Shown piece by piece: positions 50,501-62,500 of a DNA stretch of 64,000 bases. The notes beneath the pieces were generated by a model. That model was given only the letters and a program-made list of their open reading frames with translations, made no database searches and was not told the origin of the DNA. A program made the position numbers and the translations under genes. The first letter of the stretch is position 1; each line of letters begins with the position of its first letter. Source of the stretch: Camelus dromedarius (lineage: Eukaryota); assembly GCF_036321535.1 (NCBI RefSeq), contig NC_087436.1:84384001-84448000 (forward strand). The letters run 5' to 3'.

Positions 50501-53500
50501 TACTACTGCAACTCCCTGAAGGCTCAGACGATAGTTAGCATTTGTCTAGCAATGACGTATTTTTAAATTAAGGTATGTACGTTTTTCAGGCATAATGCTG
50601 TTGCATACTTAATAGACTACAGTGTGGTGTAAACATTTAAATGCACTGGGAAACCAAAAAATTTGCTTTATTGCAGTATTTGCTTTATTGCAGAGGTCTA
50701 GCACCAAACCTGCAGTACCCTGAGGTATGCCTGTTTTTAAATCATTTAATCATAAATCATTTAATCTGTCAAATCTATTTGTTTTACTTCCTGTTAAAAT
50801 TGAGCTGTTCTTCCAAAGAAGTAATGAAGTTCTCTATCAGTTATTAGTATCTTAGTGCTTTTATTTATACATTTAGGAAAATGGGAACATTAACATAGAG
50901 CAGAGAGGGGAGGATATAGCTCAGTGGCAGAGCCCATGCCTAGCATGCACGAGGTCCTGGGTTCAATCCTCAGTGCCTTCATTAAAATCAATCAATCGAT
51001 CGATCAATCTAATTACCTCCTCCTTCCTCAAAAAAATAAATAAATAAAAGACAGGAAATATTAAAACAAAGCAAAAAACCATAGAGCAGAAAGTTGTCTT
51101 GTTTGGAGCTGTGGGAAAACAACAGTTGAGCAATATTTTTTTTTTCACCACTCTTATAAAATTAAAACTTAAGTTGTTTTCAGAACCCAATCCATTTTCC
51201 AAAAACCATATCAGACATGGGTAAGGAGCAGTTGGCAGTAGCAATTAGTGGCATTTTAATGTGTTTTTCCTGTATTTTACAGATTTTTTAAATGGTGGTA
51301 TTTAAACTTTTTAAAATTAATTTTTACCTTGTGCAAAATAGCATATACATAAAGGTCGGTTGTTTTTCTCAACCTTGATATTTCAGGCTATATTTATCAT
51401 ATGGACTCAGAAGTCTGGTTCTCTTACAGTTTGTTAGGTAAAAACAAAAGAATGGTACTTTTTCTTTTTACCTTCAATGGTCTCTGGGGCTGGACTTTGG
51501 CTCAGCGTTGCCAGGCACCTGCTATTTGCATCTTCCTCTGTTAATTGTGTGGCAGGTTCATACTGCAGGATCGCATCCAAATCGTGGAAGAACTTCATAG
51601 TTTTAGAGCTGTCTCCAGAGTTGTGGGCGTATTTAACAGTTCTGTATTCATATTTAAGATTTTTGTACTTTGCCCGGCACTGTTTCCAGTCCCTGTGTAC
51701 TCCTAGAGCTTGCAGCCTTTTAGCGATATAAAGAAATATTCCTTTATTTCTCAGTGTTCCATAAAGTTGTTTTCGTACATTTTTTTCTGCCCAGACACTT
51801 AGCAGAGCTTTAACCTCTTCCTCAGTCCAGTGCTTTCCTGCTCCACTCTCCATGTTGAAAGTGACCTGGAAATGATTCACTATTTCTAGCCAAGGTTTTG
51901 TTTCCTAGGAAACCAGACGGCTGGTTGTCAATAAGCTCTGAAGAGCTGAAAGGATCTAGTTTAACTGGTTCAAGCTGCCTGAGGGGAGTAACTTGAGAAA
52001 CTGCCAAATAAGCAGGCTTTGTGATTAAAGAAGCCTGGACCAAAATGATTCCTGTTGTTATTCATTTCAGCTTCAAGGAAAAATTACCCTTGACACAAAA
52101 GGGAAAGAAAACCTTTATTGGTTTATGTCTTTTCTTATATAATTCACTCTAGTTTACTATATGATTTTTTTAAGTTGTTATGGAAATGATGAGCAGAGGT
52201 TCTTTCTGCCCTAAAGTTTATGGCTAATGTTATTTTTTTTCCCTCTGATATGAATCACTTAGTCTTTTAATGTTGGTTAACCAAAGACCACATCAGTTCA
52301 TTAAATAAATCCTTATGTTATCACTTATATGTGGAATAAAAAAAAAAGACACAAATGAACTTATTTACAGAACAGAAAAAGACTCACAGACATAGAAAAC
52401 AAACTTATGGTTACCAGGGGGAAAAGGAGGAGGGGAGGGATAAATTAGGAGTTTGGAATTTGCAGATACTAACTACTATATATAAAATGGATAAAAAACA
52501 ACAAGGTCCTATTGTATAGCACAGGGAAGTATATTCACTATCTTGTAGTAACCTATAATGAAAAAGAATATATATATGTGTGTGTATAACTGAATCACCA
52601 TGCTGTACACCAGAGACTAACACAGCATTGTAAATTGACTATATTTCAATTTAAAAAAAGAAAAAGAAATCCTAAATCACAAATTATTCAGGGTGTATAT
52701 TATTATACGTATCTGGTCAGCATAATAGGTCATAGTATTTGACACATTGATAATTTAATAAAATCACTTCAATTTAAATTTTTTAGATTTTTACTATGCA
52801 AGTACATTAATGTAGTTTTTCATGTTATTAAAATGCCTTAATATAATTTTGGAAAAGATTGTTTTTACCAAATAAATATATGTATAAATTTTGATGTATA
52901 AATACATATATGATAGAGGTTTACTTTTTATTTCTACCCTGATATATATTCTTTGAAACAAAATGTGTTAATAAACATCTAGTATTTATAGCACTTGTTC
53001 AGAAACATTAAAAATTGTTGAGCAATTAATACCTTTATTTTTATCTTTTGAGTGTATTGAGTGGTGCAGATCTAGGTTTTACCAACGTGTTGCCCAACCT
53101 AGCTAGAAGCTAGTTACCCTGCCCTACCTAGCTGGAAGCCTAGCTTCTGGCTTTTTTATCTGTATCATCTAAAAATACTAATGTAGCAAATTAGATCCAG
53201 AGTTCCTGATCAGCTTCGGGTTTTTTTTGAAGCAGCATTTATTATTTTATGATAAAAAATAGTGATAAATATTTGTAAGAGAAAATTTGGAGAGTGCAAA
53301 AAGCAAAACAAGAAAACTAAAGAATAAATTTTGTTCATAATAATGTTTCCCACAACTAAGCATTTTACCTATTTTATTTAGAGATTTTCATTTAGATCTA
53401 CATACTCAACCTTATTTATAGGTCACATAACTACAGAGGTTAGAAGCCCAGGTTCTGAAGTCAGATTGTCTGTATTGAAATCCTGGCCATGTCACTGTTC

Positions 53501-56500
53501 TCCGATCATTCTCTGTGTGACACTGGACAAGTTACTTCCATTTCTTTAGTGTTGTCCCTGTCTATAAAATGTGGATGGTAATCACAGAACCTGCTTCATA
53601 GGATTGTTTTGAAAGAATAATAGATTAGATTGATGCAGGAAAAATGGATGTGGGGCATGAGGAGGGCTGTGTCCCAGGTCTCAGTTTTTTGAGTCCCTGG
53701 GACGTGCCCTGCCAGGTGTGGGTCCTTAGCTTCACACAGGAAAGAATTCAAGAGTGAACCAGTTGAGTAAAGGTAGATTTATTTAGAGAGATGCATACTG
53801 CATAAAGTGTAGGCTGTTTCAAAAGGCAAGAGAAAAGCTATGAGGTGTGGGGGTTGGGTGCTTAGATTAGAGTAAAAGTAGTTACACACTCCATAGACGG
53901 GGTGGCCGTCTCCAAAGAGGAGGGAGCCAGAAGTGGCCACGAGGTGCTGTGTTGCCAGTTTTTATGGGCTCAGTAGCTTCATATGCTAACAAGTGGGAGG
54001 ACTACCTTGGGGAAGGGGCTGGGATTCCCAGGAAGTTGGCCATTGCCCACTCTTTGACCTTTTATGTTTAGTCTTGGAATTGTCATGGCGCCTGTGGGCA
54101 TGTTATTCATATTACAATGGGCACGTAATGAAGCTCAAGGTCTACTAGAAGTCAAATCTCCCACCATCTTGAGCCTCAAGGCCTCCTGGGGGTTGATCTT
54201 CCACCATTTTGATGTTAATTGTCATTCCTTGAGTGGCTGTGCCCTGCCCCCTTCCTTCCTGTCTCAAGATCATTCCCGTAAATGCTTAGGACAGTGCCTG
54301 GTATTTTAGAACTCAGTCTCATCTGCTGCTTTTGCTAATCTTGTCATTATAACATCATGCATAGAAGTGACACTAGTAGTAGTGGCATTTAAGAGTTGTC
54401 AGACTCAGTTCATGGATGCTGTCGAGAAAAGTATGTTTCACAAAATTCATTAAGAAGCTATCAGTGGGGTAAATTTAATAGTTGGTACCTTTTTATATTC
54501 ACAGGGGTCAGGAGAGTGCTGGTATTGTGACCAGTGATGGGAATTGGATGCCAACATTCAAAACACACAAGGTATATTTAAACATTACAAAATATTGGTT
54601 ATAAAGATAACAATAGCCAGAAGATCACTAGTATATGGGGGCTGGGGAAGGAAATTTGAATAAAGAATAAATTGTATTTAGAAGTATGGTTGACCCTTGA
54701 ACAACAAGAGTTACGGCTACTGACCTTCGAAAATCCGCATATATCTTTTGACTCCCCCAAAACTTAATTGCCTACTGTTGACAGAAAGCCTTACCTATAC
54801 ATAAACAGTTGATTAACACATATTTTGTGTGTCGTATTTATTATACTATATTCTTACAGTAAAGTAAGCTAGAGAAAAGAAACTATTAAAATCATAAAGA
54901 GAAGTTACATTTACAGCACAGTACTGTATTTAATCCAGACAGTAAGCTTCCATTGTCTTTTTTACAAGATGCATGTGAATCTGTCGGTACCTACAGTACC
55001 TACGTTAATGTAGTCTTACAGGATACAAAACAGTGTAGATGTTATGTGTGCTACTAACACGTGACATCAAAAATGAAAAGACAATGTGAAAAAGCAATTC
55101 ATATTCACAGGTATAATGATTCATGCGTTGATAACGAAGAAGCAGCAATATGACTGCTTTATGGTAGCCTCTACAATAATGAATGAATTGTTATAAAATA
55201 TCACTCACTTTATGCCTGTATAAGGATGGACTGTCCACTTTGATAGCAGACTTGCACATGATGTTCTACAGGATGACTACTTAGGCATTGATGATGGTGG
55301 CATAGAAACATTGTACAGGTACTTGGTTTTCACATGGGGACACTCACACACATACACAGCAGATAAGTTTATTAACGACATGATGATGACTTACTGTTCA
55401 TTAAGTGGAAGTGGGTCATCATAAAGGTCTTCATCCTAGTAGCCTTCGTTCACATTGAGTAGGCTGAGGAAGAGGAGGGGTGGATCTTGCTGTCTGGGGG
55501 GGAGGCGGAGGCAGGCAAGGCGAGCACACTGGGTGTAGCTTGATGGAAATACATTCTGATTTCTGTCTTGACTTTTGCTTTCTCATTTCTCTAAAAATGT
55601 TTGTGAAGTACCAGTCCTTCTTCACTGTTTGCTTCAGTTTCAGTGCCCATTTCATAGAAGAGCCCATGTTGTGAAAGAAGTCAAAAGCAGTCTTGTATAA
55701 TCAGAACCCTTCTGCCAGACTGTCCAGCGTCAGTTTGTTTTCTGGTACTGCTGCTTCTACATCCTCTTCCTTATCATCTAGCGCTGATTCAGAAGCTTTC
55801 ATCTCCCTCACGTCATGTTCTGTTAATTCCTCTGAAGAATTTAGCTGTTGAATTTCTCCAAGGTGCCCTTGACCCTTCCCCACCTTTTTTTTTCTTTTTT
55901 TTTCCTTTTTTTTTTTCCTTTTTCCCCCCATATCCAGAATCTCTTTCGTGGTTTCCTTGATAGGTTCTGTCATAAATCTGCACAACATCTGGTCACAGTT
56001 TTCTCCAGCAGGAATTTATAGTTTCAGGCTTGATGGCTCTTACAGCTTTTTCTATAACAACGAAGGCACCTTCAGTGGTGTAGTCCTTCCAGACTTTCAT
56101 GATGTTCTATCAGAATTCCTTTCTGTAGCATTGACAGTCTTTCCATAGAGTACCATGTATAATGAGCCTTAAAGATACTTAAGACCCCCTGATCTGGAGG
56201 CTAAATTAGAGATGTTGTGTTTGGGGGCACGTAGGCCCACTATTCACGCCTTCAGTGTTGAACTTATAGGGTTCTGGGTGCCAGGGTATTGTCCAATATC
56301 AAAAGAACTTTAAAAGGCAGTCCTTTACTGGCGAGGTACTTCCTGACTTCAGGGACAAAGCGATGATGGAACCAATCCAGTAAAGGGGTTCTCATTGTCC
56401 AGGCTTTCTAGTACAAACGAAAGACTGGCAGCTCGTATTTGTCTTTTCCCTTCAAGGCTCGGGGTTAGCAGCTTTATAGATGAGGGCAGTCCTGATCATA

Positions 56501-59500
56501 AAGCCCATGGCGTTTGTGCAAAACAGAGAGTTAGCCTATCTATTCCTGCCTTAAATCCTGGTGCTTGCTTCACTTCCTTATTAGTAAATGTCCTTTGTGG
56601 CTTCCCCCTCCGCTCCAGAATAGGGCACTTTTGTCTAAGTTAAAAACCTGTTCAGTCAGATATCCTTTCTCCTCAATGATTTTCTTAATGGTGTCTGGGA
56701 ACTTGTCCGCTGCCTTGGTCAGCAGAAGTTGCTTCCCCTGTTATCTTGACATTGTTTTAAGCCAAATACCTTCCTAAAAGTATCAAACCATCCTTTGCTG
56801 GCATTAAATTCTCCAGCTGTAGATCCTTCACTGTCCTTTTGCATTTAGTTGTCATATAATGACTTCACTTTTTCTTGAATCATATTAAAGTCAATAGATA
56901 TGTATACGTTTCTTATAGCAATCCAGCACTCACATAAAAGCAGCATTTTTGATATGAGATAAAAAGGTATTTTGCACAAAATGTAAGGTTTTTGTGCCTG
57001 TTGATGTAGGCACAGCAACGGCTTCATGTATTTTCTTTTGCTTTACAATGGTCCTTATGCTGGATTTATTTATCTTGAAATGGTAGCCAACCACAGCTGC
57101 AGACCTCAATCTACAGTACGCATCAAGCAATTCAGCTTTTTCTTATAACGGCATGACTTTTCTCTGTTTCTTGGGATCATTTCCAGAATCACTAACAGCA
57201 CTTTATATGGGTCCCATGATGTTACTCAAGGTGTACGGTATTGATGCTAAACACTATGAAAAATACACAGGAACTGGGAGAGGTGACTTTTTACTGTGAT
57301 AACCAATTTAATGGAGAGGTGAACTGCTCACTTGGAGATAATTGGTGTCACATGGTGTTTTAAGTGGATACTTGTAACACTTGAGCTCACCCCAATATTA
57401 ACAGGAGGTGGCAACGAAATTATTACAGTAGTGCTGTATGCAATACAGTTCATTTTAGGCAGTTAAGATTTAATACTCCACTTTAATGTTTGTTTACATT
57501 TCTCACAACTACAGATAGTGCTATTTACAGTCTGTAAGTGTTTGTGTGCGTAAGTTTTGATTAACTCACTACATTTTATAGTAGGTTTGTGTATATTTTA
57601 TGGTAGTAAATGATTAAATAGAATAGCATCTACACATATTTTATACATTCATGACACTCCTAATTTTTTCTTAATTTTTTCGGTTACTCTAGGCTACACG
57701 GTTCGTCTGCCAGTTTTTTTAAATTGTCGCAAATCTGCAAAAAAATTCTTCTGATACATTTATTGAAAAAAATCCATGAATATGTGGACTTGCCCAGTTC
57801 AAGCCCATGTTGTTCAAGGGTCAACTGTAATACTCTTTGGATCAGCTGTTTCTATTTGTCAAACTAGGATGCATTTCTGTCCCAGTGATAGTTTGCTAGG
57901 CTGACTCAAATAGGTCATTTATTTGAATACTTTAACATGCTTTGAATTTAAAATTGCAAATAATTTAGTTTATTGTATATGACAAATTTTATCACTTAGT
58001 ACATCTGTTCCTCAATGTTTCATTAAAAAGTGTCTTATAAAACAAGCACTTCATTGTTGTGAATACATTAAATGCTACCAAATCATTCACTTAAAAATGG
58101 TTAATTTTATGTCATGTGAGTTTCACCTAGAATTATTTTTTTAGTGCTTCACAGTTCTCACAATTAGCACTAGTCTTTTTTTTTTTAAGATTAGAATTCT
58201 GAAGCACAGAAAAATTAAGTCAACTGCATTTTCTAATTTGAGATTGAGCAGAGGCTTATAAAAGTGTTACTAGTGGTTTTTTTTCGTAAGATGAGCTCTT
58301 GCTTTGAATTTGCAAGGGAATGGGTCTTGTAAATCACGTCTTTACTGAGGACAATTTGAAGAAATTATATACTTCAAATCTTGGAATTGGACACACGAGG
58401 TACGCCACTACAGGAAACTGTGAATTAGAAAATTGCCAGCCTTTTGTCGTTGAAACACTTCATGGGAAAATAGCTGTGGCACATAATGGCGAATTGGTAA
58501 ATGCTGCTCGCTTAAGGAAAAAGGTAAGTTTTTTTTTTTTAATGCTTTTTTTATTATTGTGATAAATTAATGAAAAGAAGTTACTGAGGAACTTGGTAAA
58601 GGACATTATCCTGTTACCTAACTGCAGAGAACCACTGTATTGGGGGGTAGGGTATAGCTCAGTGGTAGAGCATGTGCTTAGCATGCATGAGGTCCTGGGT
58701 TCAATCCCCATTAAAAATAAATAAATAAACCTAATTAAGTCCTCCCCCAACCTCCTCCCCTCCAAAAAACCCCCAACTGTATCAGAATTACATGGACTTC
58801 TTGTTATAATTACAAATTCTAAGGTATCACCCCAGAGTCTGGGGTGGGAGATTGCTGAGTCTGCATTTTAATATGCTCCTAAGGTAATTCTAATGCACTG
58901 TTTTGGATTAGATATTTGGAAAATTGATTTAATTATTTCCCAGAGCGTTGTCCTGCTCTCTTCTTAGATGCTGGGATTATTATAATGACAATAATAAGTT
59001 TCATTTGGGAGTTTTTTTGCTCCCAAATGAAAAATTAAAAATTTTTTCAATCAAAAAAGTATAAATATGAAGTAAAAATTATTCATAAAACTCACTGCTC
59101 AGAGTTAACCACTAAAAGTTCAATTCCAGACAATACGTAGCTCATTATTTCTAAACTGAACCCCTTACCCAGATGCTAGACTTTACCTCTACACATTTTG
59201 CTGCTACTGAAAATGCTCTGTAGTGTTAAACTCAGCCTGTGCATGTTAGTGGTGATGCCCTTGTCCAAGTCAGTCTTGCTCAGAACCTCGTAATCATAGT
59301 GCACTCAACCAAGTTTTAGTACATCTTCTACACTTAATTGCTCAGTACAGTCGATTCCTTCTATTCTGCCAGGGACAATCAGTGAGGATGGGTAGCCACC
59401 ATTACTACAACCATCAAATCTAGGTTGAGAGTCCCCCACTGCAGTGTGCCACTCTTATGGGAATGTTTCCTGTTCGTCAGGAGTGTCCAGGGCTGAAAAA

Positions 59501-62500
59501 GTTAGAACGGCAATCCCAAATCCTCATGCCTTCTCCGCCCCACCTCAACCACCCACCCATTGCAGGTCGACATTCCTTCAAACTTAGTTTTCAAAAGCTG
59601 TCCTACATACCTCCTAAAGCACTTTTTTGTTCCTGTTTGAGAAGCTTCAGAGACTTCCCGTTGCCTCCAGCAGCAGTTCTCCATTATTATATACACATAC
59701 CTTCCATTGGTAGAATGCAGGATTTTGATACCCGAGCACAATGCCTGATCTCTTTCTGTGCTGGCAGGCAATTGGGCAAGGGGTGAGGTGAAGCTTCTTC
59801 CTTTTCTAATGATTACAACCTTTCTCCTTTCTAAATAGCTTCTGCGTCATGGTATTGGTCTGTCAACAAGTTCTGATAGTGAAATGATCACCCAGTTACT
59901 GGCATATACCCCTCCCCAGGAACAAGATGACACCCCAGACTGGGTCGCAAGGTAATTATAAAATTAGGCTGAGCCTGCAGGTCTGGTAATGAGAGCTTTG
60001 CCTTGCACGTGTTTATAACTGAAATTATTCATTCAATTATTTAATTAATTCCAGGATTAAAAACTTAATGAAGGAGGCACCCACAGCATACTCCCTGATT
60101 ATAATGCACAGGGATGTTATTTATGCAGTTCGAGATCCTTATGGAAATCGTCCTCTATGCATTGGTCGTCTTATTCCTGTATCTGATATAAATGATAAAG
60201 GTAATGAACTTCAAAGGGAATATAATTTCATAATGCTTTTCCGGGTCGTTGTCTTACTGTTGGCACACCTGGAAATCTTGAGGTATAGAAAACTTATTGA
60301 GTAAAAAGCTAGGTTAAAAAAAAAAAATATGGTACTTAGTTTTTAAAGTACATTTCCTTGAGTGTTTCTGAGGATAAGCCAGTTTTAATATATTTAATGG
60401 GATTTCCCATTTTGTCCTGTCTGAATGGCGTATTTTATATCCTTTATTTATCTCCTTTGCCCAGCTTTTTATTTATGTAGTATGATGTCAGTGATTTTCT
60501 TTTTGACTTGTCAGGTATCTTATTCAAGCCATGAAAACATAATATTTGGAGGAATCTTAGGATTGTTAATTTTATCTTTGGTTCTAGTCAAACAAGGAGC
60601 CATGTGCTCTTAAGGTCATAGTAATGGATATTCTCTGAGCTCTTTTATTTATTTTTCATTTAACTGTTCTCTTTAAATAGATAAGCCTCTTTTAAAATTT
60701 CTTGAATTGATTGACTGAACCTATTGTCTTGTGATTTGCAGAAAAAAAATCTTCAGAAACAGAAGGATGGGTGGTGTCTTCAGAATCTTGTAGCTTTTTA
60801 TCTATTGGTGCAAGGTAAGTTTTATCTCACTCAGCAGATCAATTTTTTGCCACATCAGTAAAAAAATTTTTATTATAATATGAAAGTTCTGTTTCTGATG
60901 TCTGCGAGAATACGTATTTATAAATGCAGTTTCTTTTGTACATTGTACTCAGCAGTTGCACTGACTTTAATGTTCCAACAATAACCTTCTAATCCTGGAC
61001 CTGGCCTCTTGTTTTCAAAATACCATGAGCCTTATTTTAGAAAGGAAAAAAATCTCCTCATCAAGGATCAAAAAATTTAAACTAGGACAAAAATGTTCTC
61101 TTTAGTCTTCATTCTTCCAGTAATAAATAAAACATAGGGCTTTTATTTTTTTTTAATTCTAAATTTGAATTTAGGGGTAACAGATTTATAAAGATTATTA
61201 CTGGAGGAATATTACTTTTTTATTTTTTAAGCCATTTTTAGACTTTCCTCTATAAGGGAAGGGACTCTGTACTTTCTAATTGACAGTTAGCCTTAAGGAC
61301 TGGTTTACTTAAAGTCTTCTTTAACATTGTTTCCCAAGATATTACCGTGAAGTCTTGCCTGGAGAAATTGTGGAAATATCCAGACATAATGTCCAAACTC
61401 TTGATATTATACCAAGGTCGGAAGGAAACCCAATGGCCTTCTGTATCTTTGAATATGTTTATTTTGCAAGACCAGATAGTATATTTGAAGGTAAGTAAAA
61501 TATCTTGATAACAATTAATAAAAGTCTGTTGTTTATCCCATCGAAGCATGGCAGTTCTGGGGCCCAAAGGCTTTCCTGGCTCTGTGAAGGCACATAGTTA
61601 TATGTTGTGGATTTGGGACTGAGCCTACAAGTCATAAGATGACTATTTTTCCTTTTCATCTGACTCCTGGATTTTGTTTTCCTTTTAGGAGTAAGGATTT
61701 TGATTTTCAGATATGTATTAAAGTTAATTTTTTTAAAATAGTAAATTCCCCCAGTTTACATATTTCCACTTTAGTGGGGTTTTTTTTATGTCTTACTTTT
61801 CTTTTTGTGCTCAAATCTATAGGGTTCTAACAAGCTAGTTTTTAGAATAGTGATATTCTGCTGAGCTATATTATACTACATAAAAATAATTTATTTCCTT
61901 TTCCAAACATTCCAGACCAAATGGTTTACACAGTAAGATACCGTTGTGGTCAGCAGCTGGCCATGGAAGCACCTGTGGATGCAGATTTGGTTAGCACGGT
62001 TCCGGAATCTGCTACGCCTGCTGCTCTTGGTTATGCAGCAAAGGTATTTTCTCTTAATTAACACACAGTGAATTGTTCATCTAGCACTGAAATTAGAAAT
62101 CCATGTATATAAAGAGAAACTCATCAATTTATTGCAAAGAAAGAAAAAATGTTGGTTTCTTTATAAGAGTTAGTTTCCAGCCTCTTCATTCAGCGGCACT
62201 ATGTTTTTTAGCAGAGTCCACAAAAAGTTCAGCCAAAGACATAGGAAAATGATCCTCTTCATTTTAAAAAGATAACATCATGAATATATGTAGAATTTAA
62301 AGGTATATTTACTTACTAGGAAGTATCCTCACAAGCCACTGGTATATTTGTTCCCAATTAAGTATGGGTGATGATGAGCTGTTTGCATTAATTCTCTTTA
62401 ATGTTCTTAGTACTATGCTTTATTTCACTGTTTGTAACCAGGTAGATTATATAATTATAGTGATCCTAGGTGTAATCCCAGCGTTCATTATATTTGAATG

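Noticed and set aside
37571..51731. + strand ORFs 37627-37911, 44540-44758, 44849-45130 and 51477-51731, several similar to each other
   Set aside because: They are antisense shadows of the three Myb/SANT exons. Their mutual similarity comes from the - strand coding sequence.
34958..51853. Myb/SANT exons as scattered Harbinger transposon fossils or a processed pseudogene
   Set aside because: No TIRs or adjacent DDE nuclease were seen, introns are present, and frames and splice phases are intact across all exons.
58642..58712. tRNA-like sequences (also 50907, 46560, 39740, 21760, 28120) as tRNA genes
   Set aside because: They have A/B boxes but are followed by AT-rich tails, are mostly flanked by target duplications and diverge from each other. 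They are SINE copies, not tRNA genes.
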